Notes under the pieces: model-generated
Told to the model about the DNA's origin: nothing
Seen by the model: only the letters and a program-made list of their open reading frames with translations
The model's database searches: none
Shown here: piece by piece, positions 12,101-25,408 of the stretch
Position numbering within the stretch: position 1 is the first letter of the stretch
Layout of the letters: each line of letters begins with the position of its first letter
Made by a program: the position numbers and the translations under genes
NCBI GenBank assembly: GCA_950097015.1
Contig: CATNEN010000037.1
Span: forward strand, 682,001-746,000
Reading direction: 5' to 3'
Source of the DNA: Macrostomum hystrix
Taxonomy: Eukaryota; Animalia; Platyhelminthes
DNA length: 64,000 bases

Positions 12101-14485
12101 GTGAGATGGGTCAGGGATTGGAATGGTGAGATGGGTCTGCGATTGAATGGTGAGATGGGTCTGCGATTGGAATGGTGAGATGGGTCTGCGATTGGAAATG
12201 GTGAGATGGGTCAGGGATTGGAATGGTGAGATGGGTCTGCGATTGAAATGGTGAGATGGGTCAGGGATTGGAATGGTGAGATGGGTCTGCGATTGGAATG
12301 GTGAGATGGGTCAGGGATTGGAATGGTGAGATGGGTCAGGGATTAGAATGGTGAGATGGGTCAGGGATTGGAATGGTGAGATGGGTCAGGCGATTGGAAT
12401 GGTGAGATGGGTCAGGGATTGGAATGGTGAGATGGGTCAGGCGATTGGAATGGTGAGATGGGTCTGCGATTGGAATGGTGAGATGGGTCATGCGATTGGA
12501 ATGGTGAGATGGGTCTGCGATTGAATGGTGAGATGGGTCAGGGATTGGAATGGTGAGATGGGTCTGCGATTGAAATGGTGAGATGGGGTCTGCGATTTGA
12601 ATGGTGAGATGGGTCAGGGATTGGAATGGTGAGATGGGTCAGGGATTGGAATGGTGAGATGGGTCTGCGATTGAAATGGTGAGATGGGTCTGCGATTGGA
12701 ATGGTGAGATGGGTCTGCGATTGGAATGGTGAGATGGGTCTGCGATTGGAATGGTGAGATGGGTCTGCGATTGGAATGGTGAGATGGGTCAGGGATTGGA
12801 ATGGTGAGATGGGTCTGCGATTGGAATGGTGAGATGGGTCTGCGATTGGAATGGTGAGATGGGTCAGGGATTGGAATGGTGAGATGGGTCAGGGATTGGA
12901 ATGGTGAGATGGGTCAGGGATTGGAATGGTGAGATGGGTCTGCGATTGAAATGGTGAGATGGGTCAGGGATTGGAATGGTGAGATGGGTCAGGGATTGGA
13001 ATGGTGAGATGGGTCAGGGATTGGAATGGTGAGATGGGTCTGCGATTGAAATGGTGAGATGGGTCTGCGATTGGAATGGTGAGATGGGTCTGCGATTGGA
13101 ATGGTGAGATGGGTCAGGGATTAGAATGGTGAGATGGGTCTGCGATTGGAATGGTGAGATGGGTCTGCGATTGGAATGGTGAGATGGGTCAGGGATTGGA
13201 ATGGTGAGATGGGTCAGGGATTGGAATGGTGAGATGGGTCTGCGATTGAAATGGTGAGATGGGTCTGCGATTGGAATGGTGAGATGGGTCTGCGATTGAA
13301 ATGGTGAGATGGGTCAGGGATTGGAATGGTGAGATGGGTCAGGGATTGGAATGGTGAGATGGGTCAGGGATTGGAATGGTGAGATGGGTCTGCGATTGGA
13401 ATGGTGAGATGGGTCTGCGATTGGAATGGTGAGATGGGTCAGGGATTAGAATGGTGAGATGGGTCAGGGATTGGAATGGTGAGATGGGTCAGGGATTGGA
13501 ATGGTGAGATGGGTCAGGGATTGGAATGGTGAGATGGGTCTGCGATTGGAATGGTGAGATGGGTCTGCGATTGGAATGGTGAGATGGGTCAGGGATTGGA
13601 ATGGTGAGATGGGTCCTGCGATTGAAATGGTGAGATGGGTCTGCGATTGGAATGGTGAGATGGGTCAGGGATTGGAATGGTGAGATGGGTCAGGGATTGG
13701 AATGGTGAGATGGGTCTGAGATTGGAATGGTGAGATGGGTCTGCGATTGGAATGGTGAGATGGGTCAGGGATTGGAATGGTGAGATGGGTCTGCGATTGG
13801 AATGGTGAGATGGGTCAGGGATTGGAATGGTGAGATGGGTCTGGGATTGGAATGGTGAGATGGGTCAGGGATTGGAATGGTGAGATGGGTCTGCGATTGA
13901 AATGGTGAGATGGGTCTGCGATTTGAATGGTGAGATGGGTCAGGGATTGGAATGGTGAGATGGGTCAGGGATTGGAATGGTGAGATGGGTCAGGGATTGG
14001 TATGGTGAGATGGGTCAGGGATTGGAATGGTGAGATGGGTCTGGGATTGGAATGGTGAGATGGGTCTGCGATTGGAATGGTGAGATGGGTCAGGGATTGG
14101 AATGGTGAGATGGGTCAGGGATTGGAATGGTGAGATGGGTCTGAGATTGGAATGGTGAGATGGGTCAGAGATTGGAATGGTGAGATGGGTCAGGGATTGG
14201 AATGGTGAGATGGGTCAGGGATTGGAATGGTGAGATGGGTCAGGGATTGGAATGGTGAGATGGGTCAGAGATTGGAATGGTGAGATGGGTCTGGGATTGG
14301 AATGGTGAGATGGGTCTGAGATTGGAATGGTGAGATGGGTCTGGGATTGGAATGGTGAGATGGGTCAGGGATTGGAATGGTGAGATGGGTCAGGGATTGG
14401 AATGGTGAGATGGGTCTGCGATTGACATGGAGAGGTGGGTCAGAGATTGACATGGAGAGGTGGGTCAGAGATTGACATGGAGAGG
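9107..14485 (+). repeat. 25-bp satellite GGGTC(AGG/TGC)GATTGGAATGGTGAGAT x about 210
   Basis: 5.3-kb tandem array with two main interspersed variants; degenerate GAGAGGTGGGTCAG units at the right edge. Confidence 0.98.
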
Positions 14486-14934
14486 TGGGTCAGCGATTGA
14501 TACGAGCATATGTAGAGGAGTGTAAAAATGAAAAAGTAAAAAAAATTTTTGCTCTTGACAAATCAAGAGTATGTAAATCTATGCAGGTTATAGAGAATAA
14601 ACTGACATTATTGTTTCGTTTGAAAAAAAAACATTTTGTTCTGTGTAAAAATACTTTGTTCTGCTTCAACGGAAGATCGCAAAGTTTTTATTTTGTTGCT
14701 TTGATCTCGTCGAGATTTACTAAAAATAAGCATGTTGACTCGGAAATTCAGTGCAACAAATGTTACATTCAAACGCTTTAATTTGTTAGAAAGCACCCAC
14801 AACACTGCTAAAACTGTGTTTCGCTTCATGTCCAGTATATACTGCCACTGTACTATCCGTCCAAACACCCATGACACCCCAGTTCCCCCACTTGAGATTC
14901 TATTAAGACTTCTGAGGCTCCAGAATCAATGCTG

Positions 14935-17900
14935 ACACCCAACTTCCACTCCTGACACTCTAGCTCAACTCCTGACTCTCTAGTTCCACTCCTGACACTC
15001 TAGTTCCACTCCTGACACTCTAGCTCAACTCCTGACACTCTAGTTCCACTCCTGACCCTCTAGTTCCACTCCAGACTCTGTAGTTCCACTCCTGACCCTC
15101 TAGTTCCACTCCAGACTCTGTAGTTCCACTCCTGACACTCTAGTTCCACTCCTGACACTCAAGATCCACTCCTGACACTCTAGTTCCATTCCTGACCCTC
15201 TAGTTCCAGTCCTGACTCTCTAGTTCCATTACTGACCCTCTAGTTCCTCTCCTGACACTCTAGCTCAACTCCTGACCCTCTAGTTCCACTCCAGACACTG
15301 TAGTTCCATTCCTGACCCTCTAGTTTCATTCCTAACCCTCCAGCTCTAGTTCCATTCCTGACACTTCAGTTCCACTCCAGACCCTCCAGTTTCACTCCAG
15401 ACACTTCAGTTCCACTCCAGACACTTCAGTTCCACTCAAGACACTCCAGTTCCACTCCAGACACTTCAGTTCCACTCAAGACACTCCAGTTCCACTCCAG
15501 ACACTTCAGTTCCACTCCAGACACTTCAGTTCCACTCCAGACACTTCAGTTCCACTCCAGACACTTCAGTTCCACTCCAGACACTTCAGTTCCACTCCAG
15601 ACACTTCAGTTCCACTCAAGACACTCCAGTTCCACTCCAGACACTTCAGTTCCACTCCAGACACTTCAGTTCCACTCCAGACACTTCAGTTCCACTCCAG
15701 ACACTTCAGTTCCACTCCAGACACTTCAGTTCCACTCAAGACACTCCAGTTCCACTCCAGACACTTCAGTTCCACTCCAGACACTTCAGTTCCACTCCAG
15801 ACACTTTAGTTCCACTCCAGACCCTCTAGTTCCATTTCTGACACTGTAGTTCCACTCCAGACACTCCAGTTTCACTCCAGACACTTCAGTTCCACACCAG
15901 ACACTCTAGTTCCACTCCAGACACTTCAGTTCCACTCAAGACACTCCAGTTCCACTCCAGACACTTCAGTTCCACTCAAGACACTTCAGTTCCACTCCAG
16001 ACACTTCAGTTCCACTCAAGACACTTCAGTTCCACTCCAGACACTTCAGTTCCACTCCAGACACTTCAGTTCCACTCCAGACACTTCAGTTCCACTCCAG
16101 ACACTTCAGTTCCACTCCAGACACTTCAGTTCCACTCCAGACACTTCAGTTCCACTCAAGACACTCCAGTTCCACTCCAGACACTTCAGTTCCACTCAAG
16201 ACACTCCAGTTCCACTCCAGACACTTCAGTTCCACTCCAGACACTTCAGTTCCACTCCAGACACTTCAGTTCCACTCCAGACACTTCAGTTCCACTCCAG
16301 ACACTTCAGTTCCACTCCAGACACTTCAGTTCCACTCCAGACACTTCAGTTCCACTCAAGACACTCCAGTTCCACTCCAGACACTTCAGTTCCACTCCAG
16401 ACACTTCAGTTCCACTCCAGACACTTTAGTTCCACTCCAGACCCTCTAGTTCCATTTCTGACACTGTAGTTCCACTCCAGACACTCCAGTTTCACTCCAG
16501 ACACTTCAGTTCCACACCAGACACTCTAGTTCCACTCCAGACACTTCAGTTCCACTCAAGACACTCCAGTTCCACTCCAGACACTTCAGTTCCACTCCAG
16601 ACCCTCCAGTTTCACTCCAGACACTTCAGTTCCACTCCAGACACTTCAGTTCCACTCAAGACACTCCAGTTCCACTCCAGACACTTCAGTTCCACTCCAG
16701 ACACTTCAGTTCCACTCCAGACACTTCAGTTCCACTCCAGACACTTCAGTTCCACTCCAGACACTTCAGTTCCACTCAAGACACTCCAGTTCCACTCCAG
16801 ACACTTCAGTTCCACTCCAGACACTTCAGTTCCACTCCAGACACTTTAGTTCCACTCCAGACCCTCTAGTTCCATTTCTGACACTGTAGTTCCACTCCAG
16901 ACACTCCAGTTTCACTCCAGACACTTCAGTTCCACACCAGACACTCTAGTTCCACTCCAGACACTTCAGTTCCACTCAAGACACTCCAGTTCCACTCCAG
17001 ACACTTCAGTTCCACTCCAGACACTTCAGTTCCACTCCAGACACTTCAGTTCCACTCCTGACACTCTAGTTCCACTCCTGACACTCTAGCTCAACTCCTG
17101 ACACTCTAGTTCCACTCCTGACCCTCTAGTTCCACTCCTGACCCTCTAGTTCCACTCCAGACACTGTAGTTCCACTCCTGACACTCAAGATCCACTCCTG
17201 ACACTCTAGTTCCATTCCTGACCCTCTAGTTCCAGTCCTGACTCTCTAGTTCCATTACTGACCCTCTAGTTCCACTCCTGACACTCTAGCTCAACTCCTG
17301 ACCCTCTAGTTTCATTCCTAACCCTCCAGCTCTAGTTCCATTCCTGACACTTCAGTTCCACTCCAGACCCTCCAGTTTCACTCCAGACACTTCAGTTCCA
17401 CTCCAGACACTTCAGTTCCACTCAAGACACTCCAGTTCCACTCCAGACACTTCAGTTCCACTCCAGACACTTCAGTTCCACTCCAGACACTTCAGTTCCA
17501 CTCCAGACACTTCAGTTCCACTCCAGACACTTCAGTTCCACTCAAGACACTCCAGTTCCACTCCAGACACTTCAGTTCCACTCCAGACACTTCAGTTCCA
17601 CTCCAGACACTTCAGTTCCACTCCAGACACTTCAGTTTCACTCCAGACACTTCAGTTCCACTCCAGACACTTCAGTTCCACTCAAGACACTCCAGTTCCA
17701 CTCCAGACACTTCAGTTCCACTCAAGACACTCCAGTTCCACTCCAGACACTTCAGTTCCACTCCAGACACTTCAGTTCCACTCCAGACACTTCAGTTCCA
17801 CTCCAGACACTTCAGTTCCACTCCAGACACTTCAGTTCCACTCCAGACACTTCAGTTCCACTCCAGACACTTCAGTTCCACTCCAGACACTTCAGTTCCA

Positions 17901-18168
17901 CTCCAGACACTTCAGTTCCACTCCAGACACTTCAGTTCCACTCAAGACACTCCAGTTCCACTCCAGACACTTCAGTTCCACTCCAGACACTTCAGTTCCA
18001 CTCAAGACACTTCAGTTCCACTCCAGACACTCCAGTTCCACTCCAGACACTTCAGTTCCACTCCAGACACTTCAGTTCCACTCCAGACACTTTAGTTCCA
18101 CTCAAGACACTCCAGTTCCACTCCAGACACTTCAGTTCCACTCCTGACCCTCTAGTTCCACTGCTGAC
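14935..18168 (+). repeat. 20-bp satellite AGTTCCACTCCAGACACTTC x about 160, with higher-order duplications
   Basis: Tandem periodicity; recurrent variant blocks at about 15800, 16420 and 16840. Confidence 0.98.
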
Positions 18169-19701
18169 TCACCATGCTAAGTTATGTTCAGCTGGGTGAG
18201 AGGGTCAGTGTTTATGGGCAGCAGAACAAAGTTCACACACGGTCTCGCTGCAGATCGAATGATTGATTCCCGTGCCAGCTCAGTCCACTTGACTCCATCT
18301 ACATCCACATCCCTTGTTTCCCCTCATTTTATTGCCTTCCATCCAATCAATGCATGCGAACTGCTTGCAGGATGGGGGTAGTCAGGTGCTTCCGCTTGAG
18401 GTGGCACTCCGCTGACTGTAAATGAAACACACACAGAAAAGTCACTTTAATATTATTATTACAATGTACACAATAACTGATTGGGGGCTGCTTTTTATTG
18501 TTTATTATGCGTTAATAACGAGTGCATGGTTAATTCGAAAAACAATCCGCGATAAAAATAACAAAAGCAAACTTAAAAATGCGAAATATCTAGAAAAATA
18601 TAGAATAGTTAAAAAACACGAAATGTTTTCAAATGAAGAGCTTGAAACTGAAATTTAAACTAAAAACTGGGGTCAAAAGTAAGTTTCAAAAGTAAATTTG
18701 CACTGCGCCTCAGTGCAGCCTTGCCAGCCCTTCAAAATTAATCAGCATGTCACCCGAATGTGCCTGGATAATATCCGTCGTCGATGGTCACCTACCTTTA
18801 TCTAGACGGACTGCTGGACCTTCAAGGGCTACAACAGGTGGAACTAGGCCACTATGGACACCCTGCATGATGCGAATTTCTAGTTGGAAATTTCGATCTC
18901 TACTTCGACTCTACAATTTGGCATTTACCAGTTTTTGGTTTCCTAGACGAAATCAGGACATTGTGCTCTCTCAATTGAGAAATCTCTCTGGTAGTCTTCC
19001 TAATTCAGAACGATCACCAAATTTCTTAAGGGCATTATTTGACATCCATATTTTTTACCTATTTCTTTGGCATTCCCTTTCGCACTTGATTAAAAAAAAT
19101 TCGCACTCTTAACAGAATCTTAATGACAGCTTAAAAAGTACACCAAGTACTAGTAGGGGGCTAAGATCATGAGCTCGAATCCGGGCGGTGAGAAGTCGGA
19201 GGTACATTGTGATGTATAGATGGGAGGAGAATGTAAGGCCAATGATGCGTGGTGCTTGTGCGATAAGATTCTGCTAAAGCAAATGCTGCTTCCGGATAAA
19301 GTTCTGCAAAGTGGGAGACAGTGAATTTGATGTATATTATATGAGGGCTATAGCGACGGCGCTGCACACAAGGCCTGTTCTACAAGTAACTGAGAGCGAT
19401 GCACTAACCGCCAATCATCTGCCATCGATTCATTTATTTCACCCCTTATGCAGCACCAACTAACACTTTCTGTTCGCTACATGATATTGATCGATTGAAA
19501 ACTCTCGCATTTCCGTTAGTTTTCTGAACCAAGGAAAAGTGTTAAACGCATTTTGAAATTATCTTACTTGTAAGATGAAGTCTCCCTTTTATATTTGATA
19601 ATCTATTCAAAACTCGTAATCCTTTTTTAAGAATTTTCGTTCAATAATGCAACTTTTTATAAAAGTATGTTTCAAATTTATGAATTTTTCTCACAGAAGT
19701 T

Positions 19702-22265
19702 TTCAGTTTTCAGAGAAGTTTAGCTCCGTTATTTCAGTTTTCAAAGAAGTTTAGCTCCGTTATTTCAGTTTTCAAAGAAGTTTAGCTCCGTTATTTCAGT
19801 TTTCAGAGAAGTTTAGTTCTGTTATTTCAGTTTTCAGAGAAGTTTAGTTCCATTATTTCAGTTTTCAGAGAAGTTTAGTTCTGTTATTTCAGTTTTCAGA
19901 GAAGTTTAGCTCTGTTATTTCAGTTTTCAGAGAAGTTTAGTTCTGTTATTTCAGTTTTCAGAGAAGTTTAATTCTGTTATTTCAGTTTTCAGAGAAGTTT
20001 AGTTCATTTATTTCAGTTTTCAGAGACGTTTAGTTCTGTTATTTCAGTTTTCAGAGAAGTTTAGTTCTGTTATTTCAGTTTTCAGATAAGTTTAGTTCAT
20101 TTATTTCAGTTTTCAGAGAAGTTTAGTTCTGTTATTTCAGTTTTCAAAGAAGTTTAGCTCCGTTATTTCAGTTTTCAGAGAAGTTTAGTTCTGTTATTTC
20201 AGTTTTCAGAGAAGTTTAGTTCCATTATTTCAGTTTTCAGAGAAGTTTAGTTCTGTTATTTCAGTTTTCAGAGAAGTTTAGCTCTGTTATTTCAGTTTTC
20301 AGAGAAGTTTAGTTCTGTTATTTCAGTTTTCAGAGAAGTTTAATTCTGTTATTTCAGTTTTCAGAGAAGTTTAGTTCATTTATTTCAGTTTTCAGAGACG
20401 TTTAGTTCTGTTATTTCAGTTTTCAGAGAAGTTTAGTTCTGTTATTTCAGTTTTCAGATAAGTTTAGTTCATTTATTTCAGTTTTCAGAGAAGTTTAGTT
20501 CTGTTATTTCAGTTTTCAGAGAAGTTTAGTTCTGTTATTTCAGTTTTCAGAGAAGTTTAGTTCTGTTATTTCAGTTTTCAGATAAGTTTAGTTCATTTAT
20601 TTCAGTTTTCAGAGAAGTTTAGTTCTGTTATTTCAGTTTTCAGAGAAGTTTAGTTCTGTTATTTCAGTTTTCAGATAAGTTTAGTTCATTTATTTCAGTT
20701 TTCAGAGAAGTTTAGTTCCGTTATTTCAGTTTTCTGAGAAGTTTAGTTCATTTATTTCAGTTTTCAGTGAAGTTTAGTTCTGTTATTTCAGTTTTCAGAG
20801 AAGTTTAGTTCTGTTATTTCAGTTTTCAGATAAGTTTAGTTCATTTATTTCAGTTTTCAGAGAAGTTTAGTTCCGTTATTTCAGTTTTCAGAGAAGTTTA
20901 GTTCTGTTATTTCAGTTTTCAGAGAAGTTTAGTTCTGTTATTTCAGTTTTCAGAGAAGTTTAGTTCCGTTATTTCAGTTTTCAGAGAAGTTTAGTTCCGT
21001 TATTTCAGTTTTCAGAGAAGTTTAGTTCCGTTATTTAAGTTTTCTGAGAAGTTTAGTTCCGTTATTTCAGTTTTCAGAGAAGTTTAGTTCCGTTATTTAA
21101 GTTTTAAGAGAAGTTTAGTTCATTTATTTCAGTTTTCAGAGAAGTTTAGTTCTGTTATTTCAGTTTTCAGAGAAGTTTAGTTCTGTTATTTCAGTTTTCA
21201 GAGAAGTTTAGCTCTGTTATTTCAGTTTTCAGAGAAGTTTAGTTCCGGTATTTCAGTTTTCAGAGAAGTTTAGTTCTGTTATTTCAGTTTTCAGAGAAGT
21301 TTAGTTCTGTTATTTCAGTTTTCAGAGAAGTTTAGTTCCGTTATTTCAGTTTTCAGAGAAGTTTAGTTCCGGTATTTCAGTTTTCAGAGAAGTTTAGTTC
21401 CGTTATTTAAGTTTTCTGAGAAGTTTAGTTCCGTTATTTCAGTTTTCAGAGAAGTTTAGTTCCGTTATTTAAGTTTTAAGAGAAGTTTAGTTCATTTATT
21501 TCAGTTTTCAGAGAAGTTTAGTTCTGTTATTTCAGTTTTCAGAGAAGTTTAGTTCTGTTATTTCAGTTTTCAGAGAAGTTTAGCTCTGTTATTTCAGTTT
21601 TCAGAGAAGTTTAGTTCCGGTATTTCAGTTTTCAGAGAAGTTTAGTTCTGTTATTTCAGTTTTCAGAGAAGTTTAGTTCTGTTATTTCAGTTTTCAGAGA
21701 AGTTTAGTTCCGTTATTTAAGTTTTCTGAGAAGTTTAGTTCCGTTATTTCAGTTTTCAGAGAAGTTTAGTTCCGTTATTTAAGTTTTCTGAGAAGTTTAG
21801 TTCCGTTATTTCAGTTTTCAGAGAAGTTTAGTTCCGTTATTTAAGTTTTAAGAGAAGTTTAGTTCATTTATTTCAGTTTTCAGAGAAGTTTAGTTCTGTT
21901 ATTTCAGTTTTCAGAGAAGTTTAGCTCTGTTATTTCAGTTTTCAGAGAAGTTTAGTTCCGGTATTTCAGTTTTCAGAGAAGTTTAGTTCTGTTATTTCAG
22001 TTTTCAGAGAAGTTTAGTTCTGTTATTTCAGTTTTCAGAGAAGTTTAGTTCCGGTATTTCAGTTTTCAGAGAAGTTTAGTTCCGTTATTTAAGTTTTCAT
22101 GAGAAGTTTAGTTCCTGTTATTTCAGTTTTCAGAGAAGTTTAGTTCCGTTATTTAAGTTTTAAGAGAAGTTTAGTTCATTTATTTCAGTTTTCAGAGAAG
22201 TTTAGTTCCGTTATTTCAGTTTTCAGAGAAGTTTAGTTCATTTATTTCAGTTTTCTGAGAAGTTT
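19702..22265 (+). repeat. 31-bp satellite TTATTTCAGTTTTCAGAGAAGTTTAGTTCTG x about 82
   Basis: Tandem periodicity of 31 verified. Confidence 0.98.
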
Positions 22266-23430
22266 GGTTAAGTTTTTTAACTGAATGTCAGCTTAATTTT
22301 AGGTAATTTGACTTACATTATTAACAAAAAACTAAACTTAGTTTAGCCTAAGAAACGGTGTGCTCAAACAATATTCCGATGCTATTAAAACAGGCAGGAT
22401 AATTTCATTTCCACATCAAAGGAGAGACCGCATAGTAGTTGGTTCTATTGTACGAGCAAAGAATTGACCCCGGAAAGAATAAATCACTGATCAATGTAGT
22501 CGGGTGCACCTTTTATTGGGTCCCAGCAATGCAATATACAATACTACTAGCAATATATAAACTAGAAAATACTTCACAAGCTGCAGCCAGAAAAGCCGGG
22601 AAGAAAATAGATTCCGGATCAAATAAAGTATGCTTTAATTTGGAATCAATTTGCAATGTAAAGTACATTCGAACGCCAATTTACATCTCCTATAGATCTA
22701 CAAGTAATACGTGCTCACAAGGCGGATCAAAGAGCGACGAGTCGTTTTCGTTTATAAACACTTCATCCCTATAGCCGATAGGGCTTTGGGGACCTAGGGT
22801 CAGCGCGCTCATTTTTTCATTTCCTCCATAGGGAATGGTTCTCATCATCTTTGGCTCGCTACCCGATTCCCTCTCCCCAAACACACACACTCACACAGCA
22901 GCAATGCCCTAGCTCCGTCTCCAATGCAATGTCTTGTGTGTCTCGTGGGCCGCTAGTGATAAACACTGAAGCCATCGGATGCAGGGCGGGGGTGGGCCTG
23001 CCGCTTGCCGTGTCGCATGCGACAAACTCATTTTCCCCTCGGATTCCGTTCTCTCCTCATCCTCGCCACTTCAGCCTTACGTATTCTGTCAGCGGCCTGC
23101 TAGTTTGGCCCACAGATGGGCGGGCGGGTTGGCTGGCTGATTTGCTGACTGGCCACGCTGCAATTGGAGAACTGCACGGAGACAGAGGCAGAGAAACTCA
23201 GCGGAGATGAGAGGGGACACAGAAGCGCACCCGGGGCCTCTCCCGGCTCTTTCTGGCCAAATCCCTGCGCATAGAAATAAAAGTTACAGAGCGGGCACAT
23301 AATCACCGAAGGTAATTATATATTCGCTTGTAGTTTTTGTCGAATCTTCATCCGCGCCATCCGTCAAAATAAACACTTTGAGTTCACCTGACGGTGTTTC
23401 AGCCCCAGAAACTGTAGATCAGTGAGCGTC

Positions 23431-25408
23431 ATGTCGGAAGACTGCGCAGTTGACGACGCCTACCCGATGCACTCGGAGGAGGCCTTCTACCGGGGCATCC
23501 AGTACGAGGCGCGCTACATCGGCAGCATGGACGTGGCCAGGCCGCAGAGTCGTGCTGAGATTGTAGCCGCAATGCGTCGAGTTCGCTTCGAGTTCAAAGC
23601 CAAGGCCGCCAAGAAGCGCAAGGTGGTCATCGCCATCTCGCTTGACGGCGTCAGCTTGATCTTCAAGCGACCGCCGAAGCCTTGGCACGAAGGCGTCGGT
23701 GGTGGCGGCGGCGCTGCTGGAGGCTGCGGCCAGCTGCTGATGCACCACCCCATCTACCGCATCTTCTACGTGTCGCACGACTCGCAGGACCTGAAGATAT
23801 TCAGCTACATCGCACGCGACAGCCACCGGAACGCGTTCAAATGCAACGTGTTCAAGGCCGCCAAGAAGGTGCAGGCTGTACGCATTGTGCGCACAATCGG
23901 CCAGGCCTTCGAGATATGCCACCAGCTGTCCATGGCGTCCAAGGAGCATCAGCAACAGCAGCAGCAACAGCAGCAGCTGAAGAAGCAGCAGCAGGCAGAG
24001 TCAGTGAAGTCGTCAGCCAAGTTGGAGACGCCGACGCCCCGAGAGCCTCAGCTGACCGAGTCGACGGTGTCCGTGGCCACCGAGACCTCGCCGAGCTGGG
24101 AGGAGCTGCAGCTGCTGATGCTGGCCGCCGCCGGCACTGACCCGGCAGGCAGCGACTCGAGCGAGGCCTGCGACTGCCAGACAATGCACTGGCGGCGCCA
24201 CAGCAGGCAGTTGATGCAGCAGAATCTTGAGCACCGGGCTCAGCAGACCCAGGCCGCTCTGGCCGAGGCGCAACTACTGCGCGATCAGCTGGCCGCGGAG
24301 TCCGCAGCCCGCACTGAGGCGCAGGCCAGGGCGCAGAGGCTGCTGGCGCAGAACCGCGACCTGCTGGATCACCTCAACCAGCTGGTGCATCGGACGCGAG
24401 CTTTGGAACTGCGATTGCATCATCAGCAGCAGCAGCAGCCAGCTGCGTTTAGGTCAGTCTTTGCTTAAACGGGATTTCCCAGTTTCTAAAAAATAATAAT
24501 TGCTGGGGCTGCAGGCAATGACATCAGTAGATCCGCAGCCAGCGAGATGGCAATCCTGAGCACACACGCACACAGATACCGTACGCAGGCACACACTCAC
24601 ACAGCGGGCTGCGCCTAACTTTCTCATCGTCAGGCAGTGTGCACTCTCACTGTGCCTTGGAGGTTGGCTCTCAAGGGCGTAAATTGCACGACAAGCCACC
24701 TAGCCTTCTCTCCGCGGCTGCGCCCCAAATTAATGGGGCAGCAGAGCATTCCGTGATTTTAAGAAGTGCAAAGCCGAGAAATGTCTCCCCCCCACATCCA
24801 TAAAAAGATAACGGTATAATTCGTCCCATTTGTATGGCTTCAATAAAGAGCTTACAGATTTCTTCTCATCATCCACCAGATGCTCAAGTAGTCAGTCATC
24901 CTATGCCACATTGCGAAGTGAATCTCAGCAGCAGCAACAGCAGCAGTCACTTCGCCAGCCAGCCACTCGAGCTAACAATGATTCCTTTGAAAACGACTAT
25001 AATGACGATGTGTCGCCGGACTCCGGGCACAAGGAGATGAGCTCCGACAGTTTGTCGCAGGCGTTGAGCCTCACGCTGGAGCCGACAGGAGCTGCGGCTC
25101 CACCGCCGCCACCACCGCAGATGCAGCAGAGACGCACTGTGCCGACGCCGGGCAGTCTAGACTGCAGGCCACACAGCTGGAAGCCGGCTGCTTCCGCCGC
25201 AGCTCCGGCCGACGCAGTCCAAGTCTCCTCGCTAATGGTCGCAGCGGCCACCAACGCTGCAGCGGCATTGTCAGGACCTGCAGTGACTTCTTGCTGGTCG
25301 GAGCGGTTCGATGCGGACGAGCCGTCGACTCTGCCGACCGCGGTGGCCGCCCACCTCAACCACTCTTTCGAGTGGAGCGGAGAAGCCGCAGGGGGACCGC
25401 GGAAATAA
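23431..25408 (+). CDS. NOS1AP: NOS1AP/CAPON (dyc-1-like) PTB-domain adaptor, about 516 aa; exons 23431-24452 and 24880-25408
   Basis: HSEEAFYRGIQYEARYIGSMDVARPQSRAEIVAAMRRVRFEFKAK, PIYRIFYVSHDSQDLKIFSYIARD, VRTIGQAFEICH and the coiled coil LLRDQLAAESAARTEAQAR..LLAQNRDLL match CAPON. The phase-2 intron AG|gtcagt...ccaccag|A is in frame. Confidence 0.93.
24491..24735 (-). mobile_element. SINE family A, 5'-truncated copy in the NOS1AP intron
   Basis: Reverse complement of the body of 6062-6424 (GAGAAAGT, TGCCTGCGTACGGTATCTGTGTGCGTGTGTGCTCAGGA, GCAATTATTATT tail). Confidence 0.88.

Noticed and set aside
22765-22850. Helitron 3' end (CCCTAT-AGCCG-ATAGGG hairpin, then CTAG) or a C/D snoRNA on the minus strand
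   Set aside because: The CTAG is followed by G rather than T and no 5' TC end was found; there is no terminal stem or recognisable guide for a snoRNA.
23419-24273. Overlapping ORFs across NOS1AP, the ZO-like gene, the nuclease and CLTC
   Set aside because: Alternative-frame or antisense ORFs are expected in GC-rich exons.
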